64,000 bases of DNA from NCBI GenBank assembly GCA_036172245.1, contig JAYWIR010000004.1, forward strand, positions 310,001 through 374,000, read 5' to 3'. This DNA comes from Raillietiella orientalis. Taxonomy: Eukaryota. The notes under the pieces were generated by a model, which was not told the origin of the DNA, searched no databases, and saw only the letters and a program-made list of their open reading frames with translations. Shown in pieces: positions 35,220 to 48,473 of the stretch; positions within the stretch are counted from its first letter, which is position 1; the number at the start of each line of letters is the position of its first letter. The position numbers and the translations under genes are program-made.

Positions 35220-37843
35220 TTCGAGCAGGAACGAGCCGAGCGCGCGACGAGTCCCCACGCAGAAGGAAGCGACTGGGAGCGGCCGGAAGGGCGGGCGACG
35301 AGGGCAGGGGTGCCCGAGTCATTGACCTACCGCGGGGGGAACGGCGCCTCCTTCGGGCTGAAACATCGCCCCCGCCTGTAGGATGAGGGTGTTGGGCATC
35401 ACGGACGTCTCCAGCACCGACCACTGTCCTCGTCAGACGGCACCCTCATGTGCAAAGGGTTGGCACCAGCCGGCGCACGAGTACGCATGGTCCCGCAAGT
35501 GACATCCTTGGGGACTTCCACTTTCACCCCCACCTGAGAGAGGCGTTCCTTCGGTCTTAGGCTTTGCGTTCATCCCGCAGTGGGTCTGGGGTCTGTCGGC
35601 GATCGGAAATGACGTCACACGCGCATCATGGCGGCGCAGCACTCTAGTCCATCGCAAAACCTACCCCCCATTCCATCTCCATGCAGCGTGGTCAGTAGGG
35701 CGCTGGCACTCCGGGAGAGAGAGGTCTTTAGCTTCGCTGATCCGCCAACCTCTCGCTCTTCCAAAGCAAAAACGAACCGAAGGACTTCTCGTCTTTTTTG
35801 CATTCGCCCAAAAGAATCCTTCGAGTCGGATGCCCGCCCTCAAAAGACCTCCGTCATGCCCGCAAGAGACGTTCTCGCAGCTCCCGCCTCGGCAACGAAC
35901 CGCGACGTAACCCCGTGAGAGGCACCTATCTATTCCGTGGTCTCTGCGCGGGTCCGCGTCTCTCCTGGCGCTCCCGCCCTCTCTTGCTCCCGGCGGCCGG
36001 GGAGAACGGGCGAGAGGTCGGACAGACGGCGGCGGTGCGGCCGGAGGGCAGCCAGGTTCTCGTCGCCGCCACTTCCTTGCCGGCGGGCGGGAGCGCGTGA
36101 CATTGTCCAGACCGGAAACGGCGCGGGTGGGAGCCCTCCGACGGGGCAACGGAGAGGGCGGCATGCGTCCGTCCACCATCGCCACGCGGCGGTCGCTCAA
36201 AACGGACTCGGACGAAGCGCCGTTGCCTCCTCGGGGCGGCGTTCCGAGCGACGCGCGGTCTTTCCGCGGAGACCTCCACCTGCATGGCACGAGGGCGCGC
36301 TCCGGCCCACGTTGGCACCCTCCCGCGGACGACGGCTCCATCCTAACTACTCACTCCTTGGGGGGTCGCGTTTGACCTGCCAAGGAGGGTCCGCTCCGCC
36401 ACTCCCTCCACAGGCCGGAATCCGTGGCGCCCGCAGAAAATTTCGCGATCCGCCATCAAAGAGGACGCGGACGGGAGGCAACTTCCCCCGGAAACTTTTC
36501 CTGAAGGGGGGAACGGCAATGCGACCGACCTTCACGCATCCCTGAAACGCGAAGAGAATCCAGAAGGAAGAGAAGCAGTTGGAATGAAGGGCCGTTGGCT
36601 GTCGGGAGTTCTTTCCTCAGAGTCGTCTCGGGGGTCTCCTCGGAGCAAGCCACGCACCCCGAACGCGAGGAGCGCGGAGGCCCCAAAGGAGTCCGCGCCA
36701 CGGGCCCGCCGTCTCGAAAGTGGGCGCACTCGCCGGACGGCATGCCCTCTATCATGGCCAGGCAGAGGACGCCCGCGGTTCACCCGCCGCGTCGGGAGCT
36801 CCTTCGAAGCTTTTTAGGAATTCTTGACCCTCCAGTGCCCTCCGTCCCGTTTGATCCCAGCAAAGCCAGCCGACGGGGCGGTCCGTTGTCCCCCACGTAA
36901 CTGAACTGGAACGCCCGGCAACCATCCTCCATTTCGTTTATGGGAAGACGGGAAGTCAAAGGACCAAGGGACATGGAACGAGTCATGGCTGTCCCTTCAC
37001 CCCCTGTCCTTCAGTCGTGGTCAAGCTGCTTGCCTCGCCAGGCTCTGCTGCTGCCCACCTGCTTTCGGAGCGCCTGAGCCACGGCAGAACCGTCCGCAGC
37101 TCTGATGTCCTCTTTTCCTTCTCAGAGAGCAGGAAGAGTACCTGCAAGAAGCGGTGCTGCCGACTATCCTCGCAGTGTCCTCTGAGGGCCACAGCGAGTC
37201 CGCTGGCTGCTTGGCGGGAGCGGACCAGCCCGGGTCACCTGTCCGAAGAACCTGGACCACCTGCTCTGTAGATGCGGGTGGTGAGTGTTGCGAGAGGACG
37301 ACCTTCCCTGGCAATGGGAAAGAGCTTGAGGAATCGAGGACACACCATGGCACCTCCTCGATGACCTTAGCTTTCTAGTATTTTTCCTATTGACTGAAAA
37401 GTCTGACACCTGAAACAGAGCTCTCTAGTGGCCTCCCCGCCCCGCCCTGAGAGAGCATTCACACGTGACCCCTTCTGGAGACCCACGTGGATTCTGCTTC
37501 CGGATAGGGGAAGGAGTTGCGTCAGAATTCGTCCACTACAGCGTGGACAAGCAGCAGAGATCCCAGAGAGAGGTGGAGTGGCTCGTAGCCCAGCTGGATG
37601 TTTCCGCGCTCGAAGGTGCGTTGGGATTGGAGCGCCTTCGCGAAGTGCGATCAAGGAGAGCCGGGAGGGAACGCCCCTGGAATCTTTGCAGGGCTGGAAC
37701 GGCTTCGCAGCTTCCTCGTGGAAGGAGAGCTGGCCGCTGATGTTCCTCTGCTCCGCTGCTGCTGACACTGCGGCCAAAAGTCTCGGAGTAAGCTGTCCTC
37801 TCTTGCCCGCATCGCTTAGGCAAAGGAAACCATTTATTCTGGG

Positions 37844-40800
37844 TTACTGATCACTCTTGAAGACATTGTTGAGCTTATCCAGGATTGATATGGTAGAGTC
37901 CATGCGCTTCTTCAGAATGTTCTCTACGTCCAGTAGGCCGTCCAGTTGCCTGCTCTCTGTCCACTCGGAGGTGTCGTCACCTCCCTCCGGATCGTTCAAG
38001 AGGGCATCCAGTTTGTTGTATGCATGGAACTGGTCTGCCAGCAGCTGCCTGCGGACCGTCTGCGTGACGAACAGAAGGAATTGCAGGTCGTTCGGGATTT
38101 TCTTTTCGGACTTAAGCAGCGTGCAGCTGCTACTCTCCGGCTTCAGGCAGAGCTGCAGATCTTCGTCGAAGTGAAGGCCGTCGGGGCACTTGAATGTGTA
38201 TTTGTTATTCCCGTCGAGCTGGTGGAAGACTTCACAGCTGCGTTCGTCACTTAGGAAACGAGTCGGTCCCGCCGAGCACTCCCCGTAAGAACTAACGTTC
38301 CCGTGGAGAATCTCTTGTGACCTGAAAGATTGCAGAGCTCAGTCTTACCCTCCTCGAACACCACCCTATCTCCTTCTCTCTCTTTGAGGGACACTCTCCC
38401 GACTAATAAGTGTTGTTTGGATAGCGGCCGACCTTCTGGAGAAAAATCAATACAGTCCTACGGGGAGAGGAGGGCGTCTTCTCTGAGAACGCTCTTCGGG
38501 CATAGAGGATTCGATGGAGTGGCCATAAAGGGTGAGGTCCCATTGTCAGTAGCGAACGCGGCAAAGCAGTTTAAATGCGAGCACCCGTCTGATGAACGCC
38601 ACCTCGAGATGGAAAATTTTGCTTTTGTCACCTTCTTGCATGGCTGCATCGCTGTTGATCAAGGAAAGGCGCAGACGTGGTTGGTTCTAGTGAAACTGCT
38701 GCACTGGCTGTCGCCTAGTGCGCAGGGTAGAGTCGCGTCCCCACCAACCCGTTGTTCGTCACTCGGGAATTTTTCCGAGTCACACATGATAAGGTGAAGG
38801 TCGCTTTGGAAACGGTGGAGGGCAAGCAGGACTTCCACGGCTGATCGACCCCTTGGATGCCCTATCAGTTGAAGTTCCCCAAGAGGGTCACGAGAGCAAA
38901 GATCCATTTTCCAGAGATGTTGAGATGCCAATCAGAGAAGAAGATCCGGATTTTCCGTGGAATTTTTCTGGGTTGCTCCAGGGAATAAAGTTTCGAAAAA
39001 TTGTCCTAGTGGAGAGATCAACCTCTGATCCGGTTCACTCTGAAGTCTCGCGCTTCTTCGGCCACTTGATATACTGCAACTTTTTGCAGCTCTCCGAACA
39101 CTGCTGAATTTTCCTGTCAACAAAAGAAGACTAAGGTCACCTCATGCTTTCTTGTGGATGTTTTTCCCGCATGTGGTAACCATCGTGGTCAGCATAGCCA
39201 CCACCTGATGAAGACTTCGTGGTCGTGACCGACCTGGCTGACAAAGTGGATCGCGACCAAAGCTCGGAAAGAAACAGCCAGATCACTTCCCTCGAGGGCA
39301 TCTTTGAAGCAAAAGTCGCGAGGCATGAAGTTTGTATCGCACGGCAGGGATGTGTTAACCATCAAAAGAACTCCGAAGACTCTGCAAACAGGGAACCTCC
39401 CTCCCACTCAGCACACCGTAGAATCCGAGGAGTAAGCAAGCAGGTTCAGTGTGCAGCATGGGAGCAGTCACCAAGGAGTCGCTCCCTCGAAAAATCGCCC
39501 CAGAGTGGAAGACGAGATCAAGCCGGAGAATTACAGCGGAGAATTGAAATGCCCAAAGGAGAAGCTGTTTTGGCTGAGTGGCGGCTGGACTTTGTTCCCG
39601 GTGGTTTCGGAAGCCGCAAAGATCTCGTCATGGAGTCGCGCCCGCGCTCCGAGGAAGAGCGCGGATTCCCTGAGATTCTCCGAAAGACCCGGAAAAATCC
39701 AGAGTCGGAAACAAGCAGAGCCACCGGTCTCAGTTTCAACCTCTTGACGGCGGGCTTGGGATGAAGTTCCTTGAGGATCGATGCACGCCAGGACTTGCAA
39801 TAGGGAGCCCAACTACTACTCATTCCTTCTTCTTCTGTCCTCCTGTTCCTCAGCAGAGTAAGCACCACCTTCTTTAGGAGAACAAGAGAAAGAATCCTCG
39901 ACAGCTGATTTCTCGCTGGATATAGTCAGACTCAGACTATTCCTCGGAGAGGTCTTCATCCAACACAAGGCCGCTGTGCAAGTGGCAGACAGGACCAGGT
40001 TCTTTTGCGATGTCTCGAAATCCGTCAAGGAGGAATTGGAGGCTTGGATGCAGTTCCGAAAGCGTTTCAGTGACGAAGAAAGCCGCGAGAGTAGGTGGAA
40101 GAGGTCGCTTTCTTCATCAGCCCTTCGACAGAAGGATCCCGTCCCCAGCTCAAAACCAAAGCCCAGAAGACCCTCAGACGAACTCGTAAGCGACTCGGAA
40201 TTTAAAATGCCAGGATCACCTTCCCTACGTGTGTGTGTGCATGGCACAATCTCCAGGGACGTGGAAACCGTCTCTGGGGTTATGCATTATCAGTAACGGA
40301 TACTTCTCTCGGGAACATGGCACTTCCCGACGGAAGCAGCAGTCCCGGGACCTTAGGGTAGCCACTCACCCCTGAGGAGTCTCGCAGTTGGTCCTGGAAG
40401 TGAGGTGGTTGCATATTCTGAAGAAACAATCGAAGTTGTAAGAAGTCGGGCATTCCTGCTTGTACGCGGTGCCGTCTATGCAAACGTAGTAGTTCCTGCA
40501 ATTATCTCTGTCCGCGACCAGGACAGGAAACCTGGAATTTTGAGGACAAGAGGCAGCACCTTCGTCGAGGTTGTTTCTCAAGTCAGTTTCCAAAGGGAAG
40601 TAACTCAGTAATTCGTCCGGGTCGTTTCCTGAAGAGTCTGCCTCCGGAGACTCCCTTAGGGAATATGGACCCGAGGAGACTTTGGAAGCAATGAAGAGGA
40701 CTGTCACGAAGAACCTAGGTCACAGAAAAAGTGCGAGTTAGAATACAACACTCGGCTACAGACTTCGAACAGGCAGCGATGACTCACGCACCGGGGCAGG

Positions 40801-41898
40801 AAACGGAAGCATCCCCCCCCCCGATCGAAGAAACCCGCTTTTTTAAGCACTCTCGGACCTCTGTCTGTAGCACACGCGTTTGACGGCACGATCGTGCGAA
40901 TGCGGGATGCAGCAGCAGATAGATCTCCAGGGAAAAGCCGGCGGAACAGTGGTGCCTGCAATGGTCAGCACCGCTCCAAAGCAGTGCGAATGTATGAGTT
41001 TGGAGGGGATAGTAGCAAATCTCCTGGAGCAAGGAAGCGGCGTCGGTTTCGTCTCTGCACTCTCCTTTAACACAGAGTGCATATTGAGGGCGGCTTTCGT
41101 ACTCCGTATACGTAGTACTTCTGACATCCGTCCGTAAATGTGGATCGCGTGTTGCTCAAAGGGAGACGGAGTTCCGCACGGTTAGTCACCTCCGCATATG
41201 AAGGGAATTGGAGAAGCTGCCGAGGAAAACAGCACTTATCGTGAGAAAGAGTACTTCTGGACGCTTTTTGGCCGGTCCCGGATTCTTCGTTCCTCTTTCG
41301 CAGGAAGCATACGAAGTTCGTCAAAGACTGAAGACAGAGACTTGGAGAAAGTTGGCACGTTTCTCCCGTCCCTTGGAAAGACCCCAAAGAGAGTTCAACT
41401 CGTTTGAAAAGCTTCTTTTTAATTCCATCTTTCCTTGCCGTCCAGAGCAACCTCATGCTGGAAGCGCGTGAACAGGCGCACGGTCTCCGCAAGCCACATG
41501 AACGCACCTCTGGTGAGCAGTTCCAGCCTGCGCAAGCCCACAGCCGACCGGAAGGTACGATGGTCGCTGGTTCGCCCGCTACGGCGAGAGCCAGCTCTCT
41601 GCGAAAGGCAACGCAGGAAGAACGAAAAAGATCACTATGTCGCCAACAAAGGCGCTCGGCGAGCGCCAGCGACTTTGGCGCGCGCGTGTCATGCGACGCG
41701 GAGCCGGAAAAATGCCAGGTCCCTTCGTAGCGACGCACTTCGTGTCTCAACCCACGGAAGGACGCGGGACACCACTCCGAACGCGGACTCTACGGGTAAC
41801 TTTCGGGAATCCGTGACCCCGGACCATGCCCCCTTCTATGCCCCCTTCTGTTTCTTCCTTCCCGGAAATAGATAAAATATAGAAACGTCCTACCTCAT
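37844..41898 (-). CDS. Cluster gene F: secreted protein, signal peptide + 2 CBM14 (7-Cys and 5-Cys variants) + helical tail (~275 aa)
   Basis: Exons 41898-41894 (ATGAG|GTAGGA), 40714-40370 (FFVTVLFIASKVSS...CPQNSRFPVLVADRDNCRNYYVCIDGTAYKQECPTSYNFDCFFRICNHLTSRTNC), 38321-37844 (absent from the ORF track; CSAGPTRFLSDERSCEVFHQLDGNNKYTFKCPDGLHFDEDLQLCLKPESSSC...ENILKKRMDSTISILDKLNNVFKSDQ*). Phases match. AATAAA at 37838-37833. Confidence 0.82.
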
Positions 41899-44800
41899 GT
41901 CGGTTCAAAGATCGAGACTTCGCATCGAATGCACTTCTCGTACTCGGCTTGAACTCGGGAGAAACACACAAACCCGGCAAAAGCCAATGACCTGCCGCAA
42001 AGCAGAAGAACTCGGCCCCTCGAGCCACATGCCTTCGGAATACCACCGGGGCGCTCGAGTCGAGACAACGACCGCCGATCTCCACGTTTTGTTGCCTGGA
42101 AACGGCTTCTATTTCCCTTCCTGTGAGTGAGGAAGCAGGAAGTCGTCCCGAAGCTGGACCAAGTCCCCCAATCGCCTCATGAGAATACTTTCGACATTAG
42201 AAAGAGGGCGCGAGGCCTTTGAGACACCCAGGAGTCTCCAGGAAGAGTCCCTGGAATCAAGGAGCTCGCTGGGGTCTTTCCGGGACGTTTCACTCCTTAG
42301 GGTCTTCCAGCATGAGGACGCGTGCCCTCCGTCCTGTGATGCTTTCTGTGGCACAGGCAAGACCTTTCAGTGTTTCATCGGAAGACGAAAGCGTCAGAAA
42401 ATGGCTGGATTCAGCGAGCGTGAACATTGACCAGCGTCTCGATTCTTCATTGGAAAGCACTCAACCGTTCCAAGTTTGTCTCATCCCCGAGCCGCTCCCT
42501 TTTTGTGGTAACTCCTTAGCAGTCCCTCCCTAATCGCTTAAGAGCCTGCTTGGACCCACGAAGGACCCGTTTTCTTTTTCTGCTGACCAGGAAGGAGTTC
42601 GCGGGTGCCGCGTGGGATCGGAAGATCTCTCGGTAAGAGTCTCCTCCAGAGGGAATATCTCTGTTGGCTCCAGAGATATGTCTCCTCCCTTTGCTGTCCA
42701 GGAGCTCATCTAGGAAAGGATGAGACGGAAGCGAGGAGATTAGTCAGTCGATGAGAAAGCCTTCTTCTGGGGACTACCAGAACATGTCACCACCATTCTG
42801 GTCCAGCTCGCCTCCCAACCGCACCATGGGCGCACAATCTGGAGGAGAAAACGGAAGCCACCGGACTCTTAGTCGATTTAAACGAACTTGCAGTCCAGAA
42901 GCACCGTTCTCATTCTTTCCAACATCGCATTAGGAATCTGGAAACGAAGACAGCCTGAAGATGCAAGAGTGGCGAAAGAAGGGACGGACAGGAGGACGGA
43001 GGCTTCACCCTGGGAACAGAGTCTTCCTTCTCTACTCCTCTCGGAGACTCAGAAAAATAGCTTTCCCGAGTCGAAGGATAAAACAGCGGAGGAACTGCAG
43101 CAGCTTCCTTTCTTCGACGAGGACGGTCTGTTTTTTTTTGGTCGCTTCATTCGCGGTTCGCTGTCTTACGAAGCGCGTTGACAATGTCCTCAGGCGAAGG
43201 TTCCCAACCCTGCTCCGGGAATCCGCAGGCAGTGTAACCGTTGCCTTTTACCATCTTTTTTCTGCTGTAGATGAGCGTTTCCTGGACGAGAATGGTTTTG
43301 TCCGTCCATCGATTTGCGGTCCCGATCAGATCCACCAACGCTAAGCGACATCTACAAGACCGAAAGGAAAGGGAGAAGAATCAAAAATAAGGAAAAAGAA
43401 CCTGGATGCATAGGTTCTACAGAAAGACCCTTGAAGAAGGACGGCCGGAAGAACGAGGATCCGGGACGAGGCAAAGTGCCTTCAGCTCCTGAGTCCCTGA
43501 CAAGACCAAATCTCGCACGATCTGCTCTTCGCAGCTTTCGACAAGGAGAACTTTCGTGAGCGGAGTTCGGCATTCGTACAAAAAGATGAGATACACCAAC
43601 CGGATAAAGCGATGCTGGAGAAAGGGTCCATTATTCTGGCGGGAGTTTTAGTCCCCTGGAAGTAGAGGACGCCTCGAGGACGACGCGAAAAATTCTCGAA
43701 ACTCCTGAACGTCGGTCTCCTCAAAAATTCCTGAGGGAAGGATTTCCAGTTACCTCCATCAAGGGATTTTAGAAGCACATAGCGTCTTGTACCCTGCATG
43801 ATGACATGTCAGCAAGAAGCCGATTACGAGGCCCGAAAGAAATTCGAAACAGGTCGCTGCGTTGCTGCCGGACGAAGGCACGGCTCATGAATGCTGCAGA
43901 AGGTGATGACTCGAAGATCATAATTGAGGGGTTGATAGAGGTGTTTCTCTTTGGACAGACCAGCGATCCCCTGCTCTTCATTATGAGCTTCTGCGTTGGG
44001 TTTTTTCTTGGTAACCCCATCTGCTCGACGGACGCTGGCCGGACTTTCACTTTCAACACCCCAAAGAATAATTTGGTTGGCCACCTCGGTTGTCTGGTTC
44101 CCTCGGCAACTGCCATCCGGAGAACGGAGCGTGCGTACCGGTCCATCCTCCCGCCTGCCGAAGAGCCTACCTCTCCTAGGTGTCCATCACAATGGTGACT
44201 GACTACAACGTCGGATGCTCCCGTGCTGAAGCCAGTAGGGAAACGGCTGGTCAAGAGGCAAGTCAAAAGAAACCCTTTTACTTATTTTGTTGGTGGCCAA
44301 GTCAGGGAAGCTACGGCTTGGGTGGCACGGGAACCACCCTCGAACACGACGAGAGATTTCAGGTCAACTTTTTCTTCCCTGCTGATATCGACTGAGAGGC
44401 GTTACCTCATCTCGGAAGCTGGAGGACCGATGCGGCCAGCACCGTTGTCTCGGCTCCAAGCTGCAGTACTTTGTCTGAAGCCTGGATGACAGCGGCCTTT
44501 TACCTCAGAAAAGGACGTTTTTGAAGGGAAGCTTGGCAGAGAATTTCGGGAGGGTTCTCAACGTAGCTTGCCGTAGAGAATCGCCTCCTTCCTGGCAGCG
44601 TTTCCCAGCGAGCTTCGGAAGAGAATCCTCGGGCTACTGGGTATCCCGGAGCGCGCCCTTGAGTTACCCGTTGACAACCTCGTCCTTCCCTCTGGAAGAG
44701 AACGCTCGGCCTCAAAGCACGCAGCCTGCACTCGAAACGCCTCAAGGGCGATGGGTAGGATGCCTTCAGTGCACTCATGCTCTCGGAGAAGCAACCCGGG

Positions 44801-45724
44801 CAGGGGGGAGGCAGGAGCGGAGCCGACTCCTCGGAGGAATCAGAACGCATCAGTGGGACCTCCCGCGATCCAGGAAGACTGTCCCCTATTCGGAAGCAGA
44901 TGTACTCCTTTTCATCTCATTTTTTGACTTGCTTTCTTTTTTCTTGGTTGCTCAAGCACCTTTGGCGCCCCGACCCTCATCCATCCAGAACGCCGTTTCC
45001 TAGCAACGCTGACGGCGACGTCTAACCTTCCATCCTTCCTGCTGCCCCCCGAGAGGACGTCCATCTCCCAGTGGAGGAAGAGGTAAGAGGGCTCTCGGTC
45101 TTCGTTCCCGGCTGGCCCGCCGCGGCTACTTCCCCCCCTGCCTAGCACTCCTGAAGTTCAGGAGAGCGGGGATGAGGGAAAGCAGCGGTAAAAGGAAGAC
45201 CATCTCAAACCGAGGGCCTCAAAGAGTCGACCTCTCTCTGAAGAACACGCAAAGGCGGCGGTTGCCATAGGGAATTCATCCCGACGAAGTCCACGTCTAG
45301 GCGGGACTGGACATCTTGGAAGTGATGGAGGGCGAGCGGACATCCTCCGAAGAAAGCAAAGGAGTCCGTTCCCCAAGGACCCACAAGGCATGCACCGCGC
45401 ACCAAAGGCTTTTGGGGAGGGCTCATCCCCAGAGCCAGAAATTACCGTAGGAGGCGGGCTAGAACGAGGAAAACACTTTTTATTTCTGGACTCGGGGCAA
45501 CTGGAATTCGAGCTTCCTGGTGCGAAGCAAAGAGCAAAAGAGGCAAGCGCCTTCCCTCTCGTCCACCGTTTGCTTCTAGAGAGGAGGGATGGGTTAGCAT
45601 GCAGTTTGCTCCTCTGTCGGAGGTCGCGAATTTTTCGACGAGGGGTCCGCAGACCTCTCGCGCACCTCCCGGTGCGAACTGCAGACAGGATGGAGAGAGT
45701 AGGGAGGCAGGGCGAGGCGGCGAT

Positions 45725-48473
45725 CTACTGGACCCCGTGGAGGGTGCTGTTCAGGCGGTCCAGGAAGTAGTGAGTGGCGTCGATGCGGTCTTGAAGGCCC
45801 TTGCCGATCTGGCTGAAGATGGACGACGCCCGCTCTCCGATGGCCTGCGAGGCGAACGATCTCAGGTCGCGGATGAGGGCAGTCAGCAGGGAGGAGGTGG
45901 TCTGTCTCTCGGCCCGGATCTGTTCATGGAAGGAGCGGACGGCTGCGAGGAGCGACTGGTCGAAAGCATCGCTGCCCCCGCCGTGGGCCAAGTCATCGTC
46001 GCACTTCTCCTCGAACACCACGTCGCACGTCTGACGGATCTCGTTGAACTGCAGTAGCGGGGGGCATTCATAGACGTACTGCACCCCTTGCTGGCACTGG
46101 TAGAAGAGTCTGCAGTTGATGGGGTGTCTGCGGAACCTGGTCTCCGACAGGTTGAGGCACAGGCCCTCCACGGAGCTCGACAGATTCCCAGAAACCGTGA
46201 CGGTGGAATTCTTCCTGAAAGACCAATGGTTCTCTTGTAAAGCAAGAAAAAAAAAAATCTGATTCTGTCCCCCTTTTCTTGCTGGAGAGATCAGGAAAGG
46301 TTCCTGGGTCCGCCTAGAGGCAGGGGGGGAGTAAGCCGAAGACTTCGGGGGAAGCTTTGGGAGCTTCCTCGAATGTCATTGGGTCTCGGTTGCAATGCAT
46401 TTCGAATCTCCTAGCATCTGCACTCAAGAGCAGATACAGATACAGACCCTCCTCCCACCAGACAATTGTCTTGACTAATTCCCCGCTCCTTGCCTTCCAG
46501 GACTCTTCAGTGAATGGGAGTGAAGAGAAAGGCGCAGGGATCTCCGAAGAAAATGGACAGAAAAAAAAAGCACGAAAGCTTGTCCTGCCTATGAGGACTT
46601 CCAATCTGAGAAGCCATCCAGGGAACATCGTCCTGTTCAAGGTCGTCTTTTCTTACTCTTCCAAAGACAAAGCACCGCTCTACGAAGACCGCACCCCGAC
46701 TAGCTATCGGACTCTTGGAGCGCAGGCTCATCCGTTCACGGTTCTCGCCATACAAGAAGTCCTTCTCAACAAGGGAGACCTTTCTTCTCCTTTCCAGTCA
46801 CGGGACCCCCCCCCCCCCTCCGGCACATTTCCCCTAACTCACTTCAGATTACACTTGGCGGATTCGGGAGCATCGCAAATCTGCCTCTTGACATTGAAAT
46901 GCAGCCCCTGAGGACACGTCGCGTGGTAGGTGACCCCGGAAACGCAAAGGCGGTATCGATCGCAGGAGTACTCGTTGGCGTGGGCGTAGGGGTGGTCCCG
47001 CGGCTCGCATGACTTCGAATCCTGAGAGGGAGAGACAAACAAGTAGGCACCATCCGTGAGCGGTCCTTCATCCCAAGGATGGAGAGTAGGGGGAGACGCG
47101 AAGGAGCGGCACAGTCGCTTACCGCATTGGTCTTCCCTTCAGCTTCCTCGGACTTGCCTGGAGGAGGAGACTTCTTCCCGGGAGCCTTCTTCTTGGTCTG
47201 AGCGTCGCTGGAAGCTGAGACTGTCAGCAACACCAGCATCAGAACCAGCAGGTTGGGTGTCGTGGGACCCATCCTACAAGAGGCAGAAGCTGAGTTCTGC
47301 TCCCGGCCGCTTCCTGAGAAGCAGATCGGACGAAACGATCCCCTTGCTCCCCATGTTGCCCGCCAGGAGCCACTCGTCTCTCTGATTGGGAGAGCCAACC
47401 ACTGCTACCGCGAGGCGTGGGCGCCGCTGCCCGCCATCAGCAGGTGCCAAAAATCTACCCGCTTCCTTTTCTCTCCCGACGACGAGACGAAGGAGCAGGA
47501 AGGGACGGCAGTGGTCCCCTTGAAGAACTTCCATCACGAAGAAGATCGCAAGGGGTGATCTTAAAACATAGGAGCGAAGGATCATCCCCCAACCCCTGCT
47601 CCCTGAGCGCTCCCTATCCGTCGGAGGTGAAGCCTATTCCGGCAGCGCGAGGGCTCATGCCCCCTCACCCTCTTCTATTCCCCGGACCGGCAGCAGCTCC
47701 TTGTTCAAGTTCTGTTGTCCGCTGTGGAGGAAGGGGGTCAAATTTTCCTCGATCCCCCTTTCTCCATGGTTCTCTTTTTGGTCCTCCTCCACCCCATTCC
47801 TGCCGTGGGTGAGCACTCCGGAGTTCTCCGCGCGGAATCGACCTGCTTCCTGGGGGAACCGCCAGGCACCTCTCCGCAGCGGTGGCAGAACGTGGCGAGC
47901 GCAAACCTCCTCGAGGGACTGCTGCTCAAGCACGCAGTACTTCTGCGTCCTGGCTGAGCGCGCATCCGTGGAAGCCAGCGTTACCTCCTCAAAGCAGACT
48001 GCGGCAGGAGAAAGAGAGAGAGAGAGAGAAAGGAGGGGGCGCAGAAGGCGGAAAACGGAAGAAGAAAAAAAAATAACAGAAAAGCCTCTCACGCACAGGG
48101 CGGAACTTCTGGGAGGCTCTCCTCCTCCCTCCGCTGAGCCGCACCGTCGCCACGCGGGCGAGAGCAGCATCGAGAGAGAGGGACGCAGAGCGGCCGCGGT
48201 GCCAACCTCGCGGAACCACCGACCGACCGCTCCGAGTGCCCGCGCACACGCCCCCTGCGAGGAAGCCATCGTGGCGGGCGCGTAAAGCGCGGTGCTGTGC
48301 TCACCTTGCCTGCACCGGGTTCCCGCCCACCCCCTCTCTTTCTGGCGGCGACGGCGGCGACGCCACCCGCGGGGCACGGGACACTCCCAACACGGACACA
48401 CTCCCGAAGGAGGGGAGGGGGAGGAGGGGGCGAGGAAGGAAGGGAAAGAAAGAAAAAAAGACCCTTACCTCAT
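45725..48473 (-). CDS. Cluster gene C: secreted protein, signal peptide + 2 CBM14 + helical tail (~274 aa)
   Basis: Exons 48473-48469 (ATGAG|GTAAGG), 47273-47123, 47021-46843, 46214-45725; intron phases 2, 0, 2 are consistent. LLVLMLVLLTVSASSDA; CEPRDHPYAHANEYSCDRYRLCVSGVTYHATCPQGLHFNVKRQICDAPESAKC; CLNLSETRFRRHPINCRLFYQCQQGVQYVYECPPLLQFNEIRQTCDVVFEEKC; tail SLLAAVRSFHEQIRAERQ...RLNSTL. Confidence 0.92.

Noticed and set aside
44406..44410. Orphan ATGAG|GTAACG on the minus strand (also ATGAG|GTGACC near 39145)
   Set aside because: No signal-peptide/CBM14 exon depends on them, and the 7-mer occurs by chance several times per strand.
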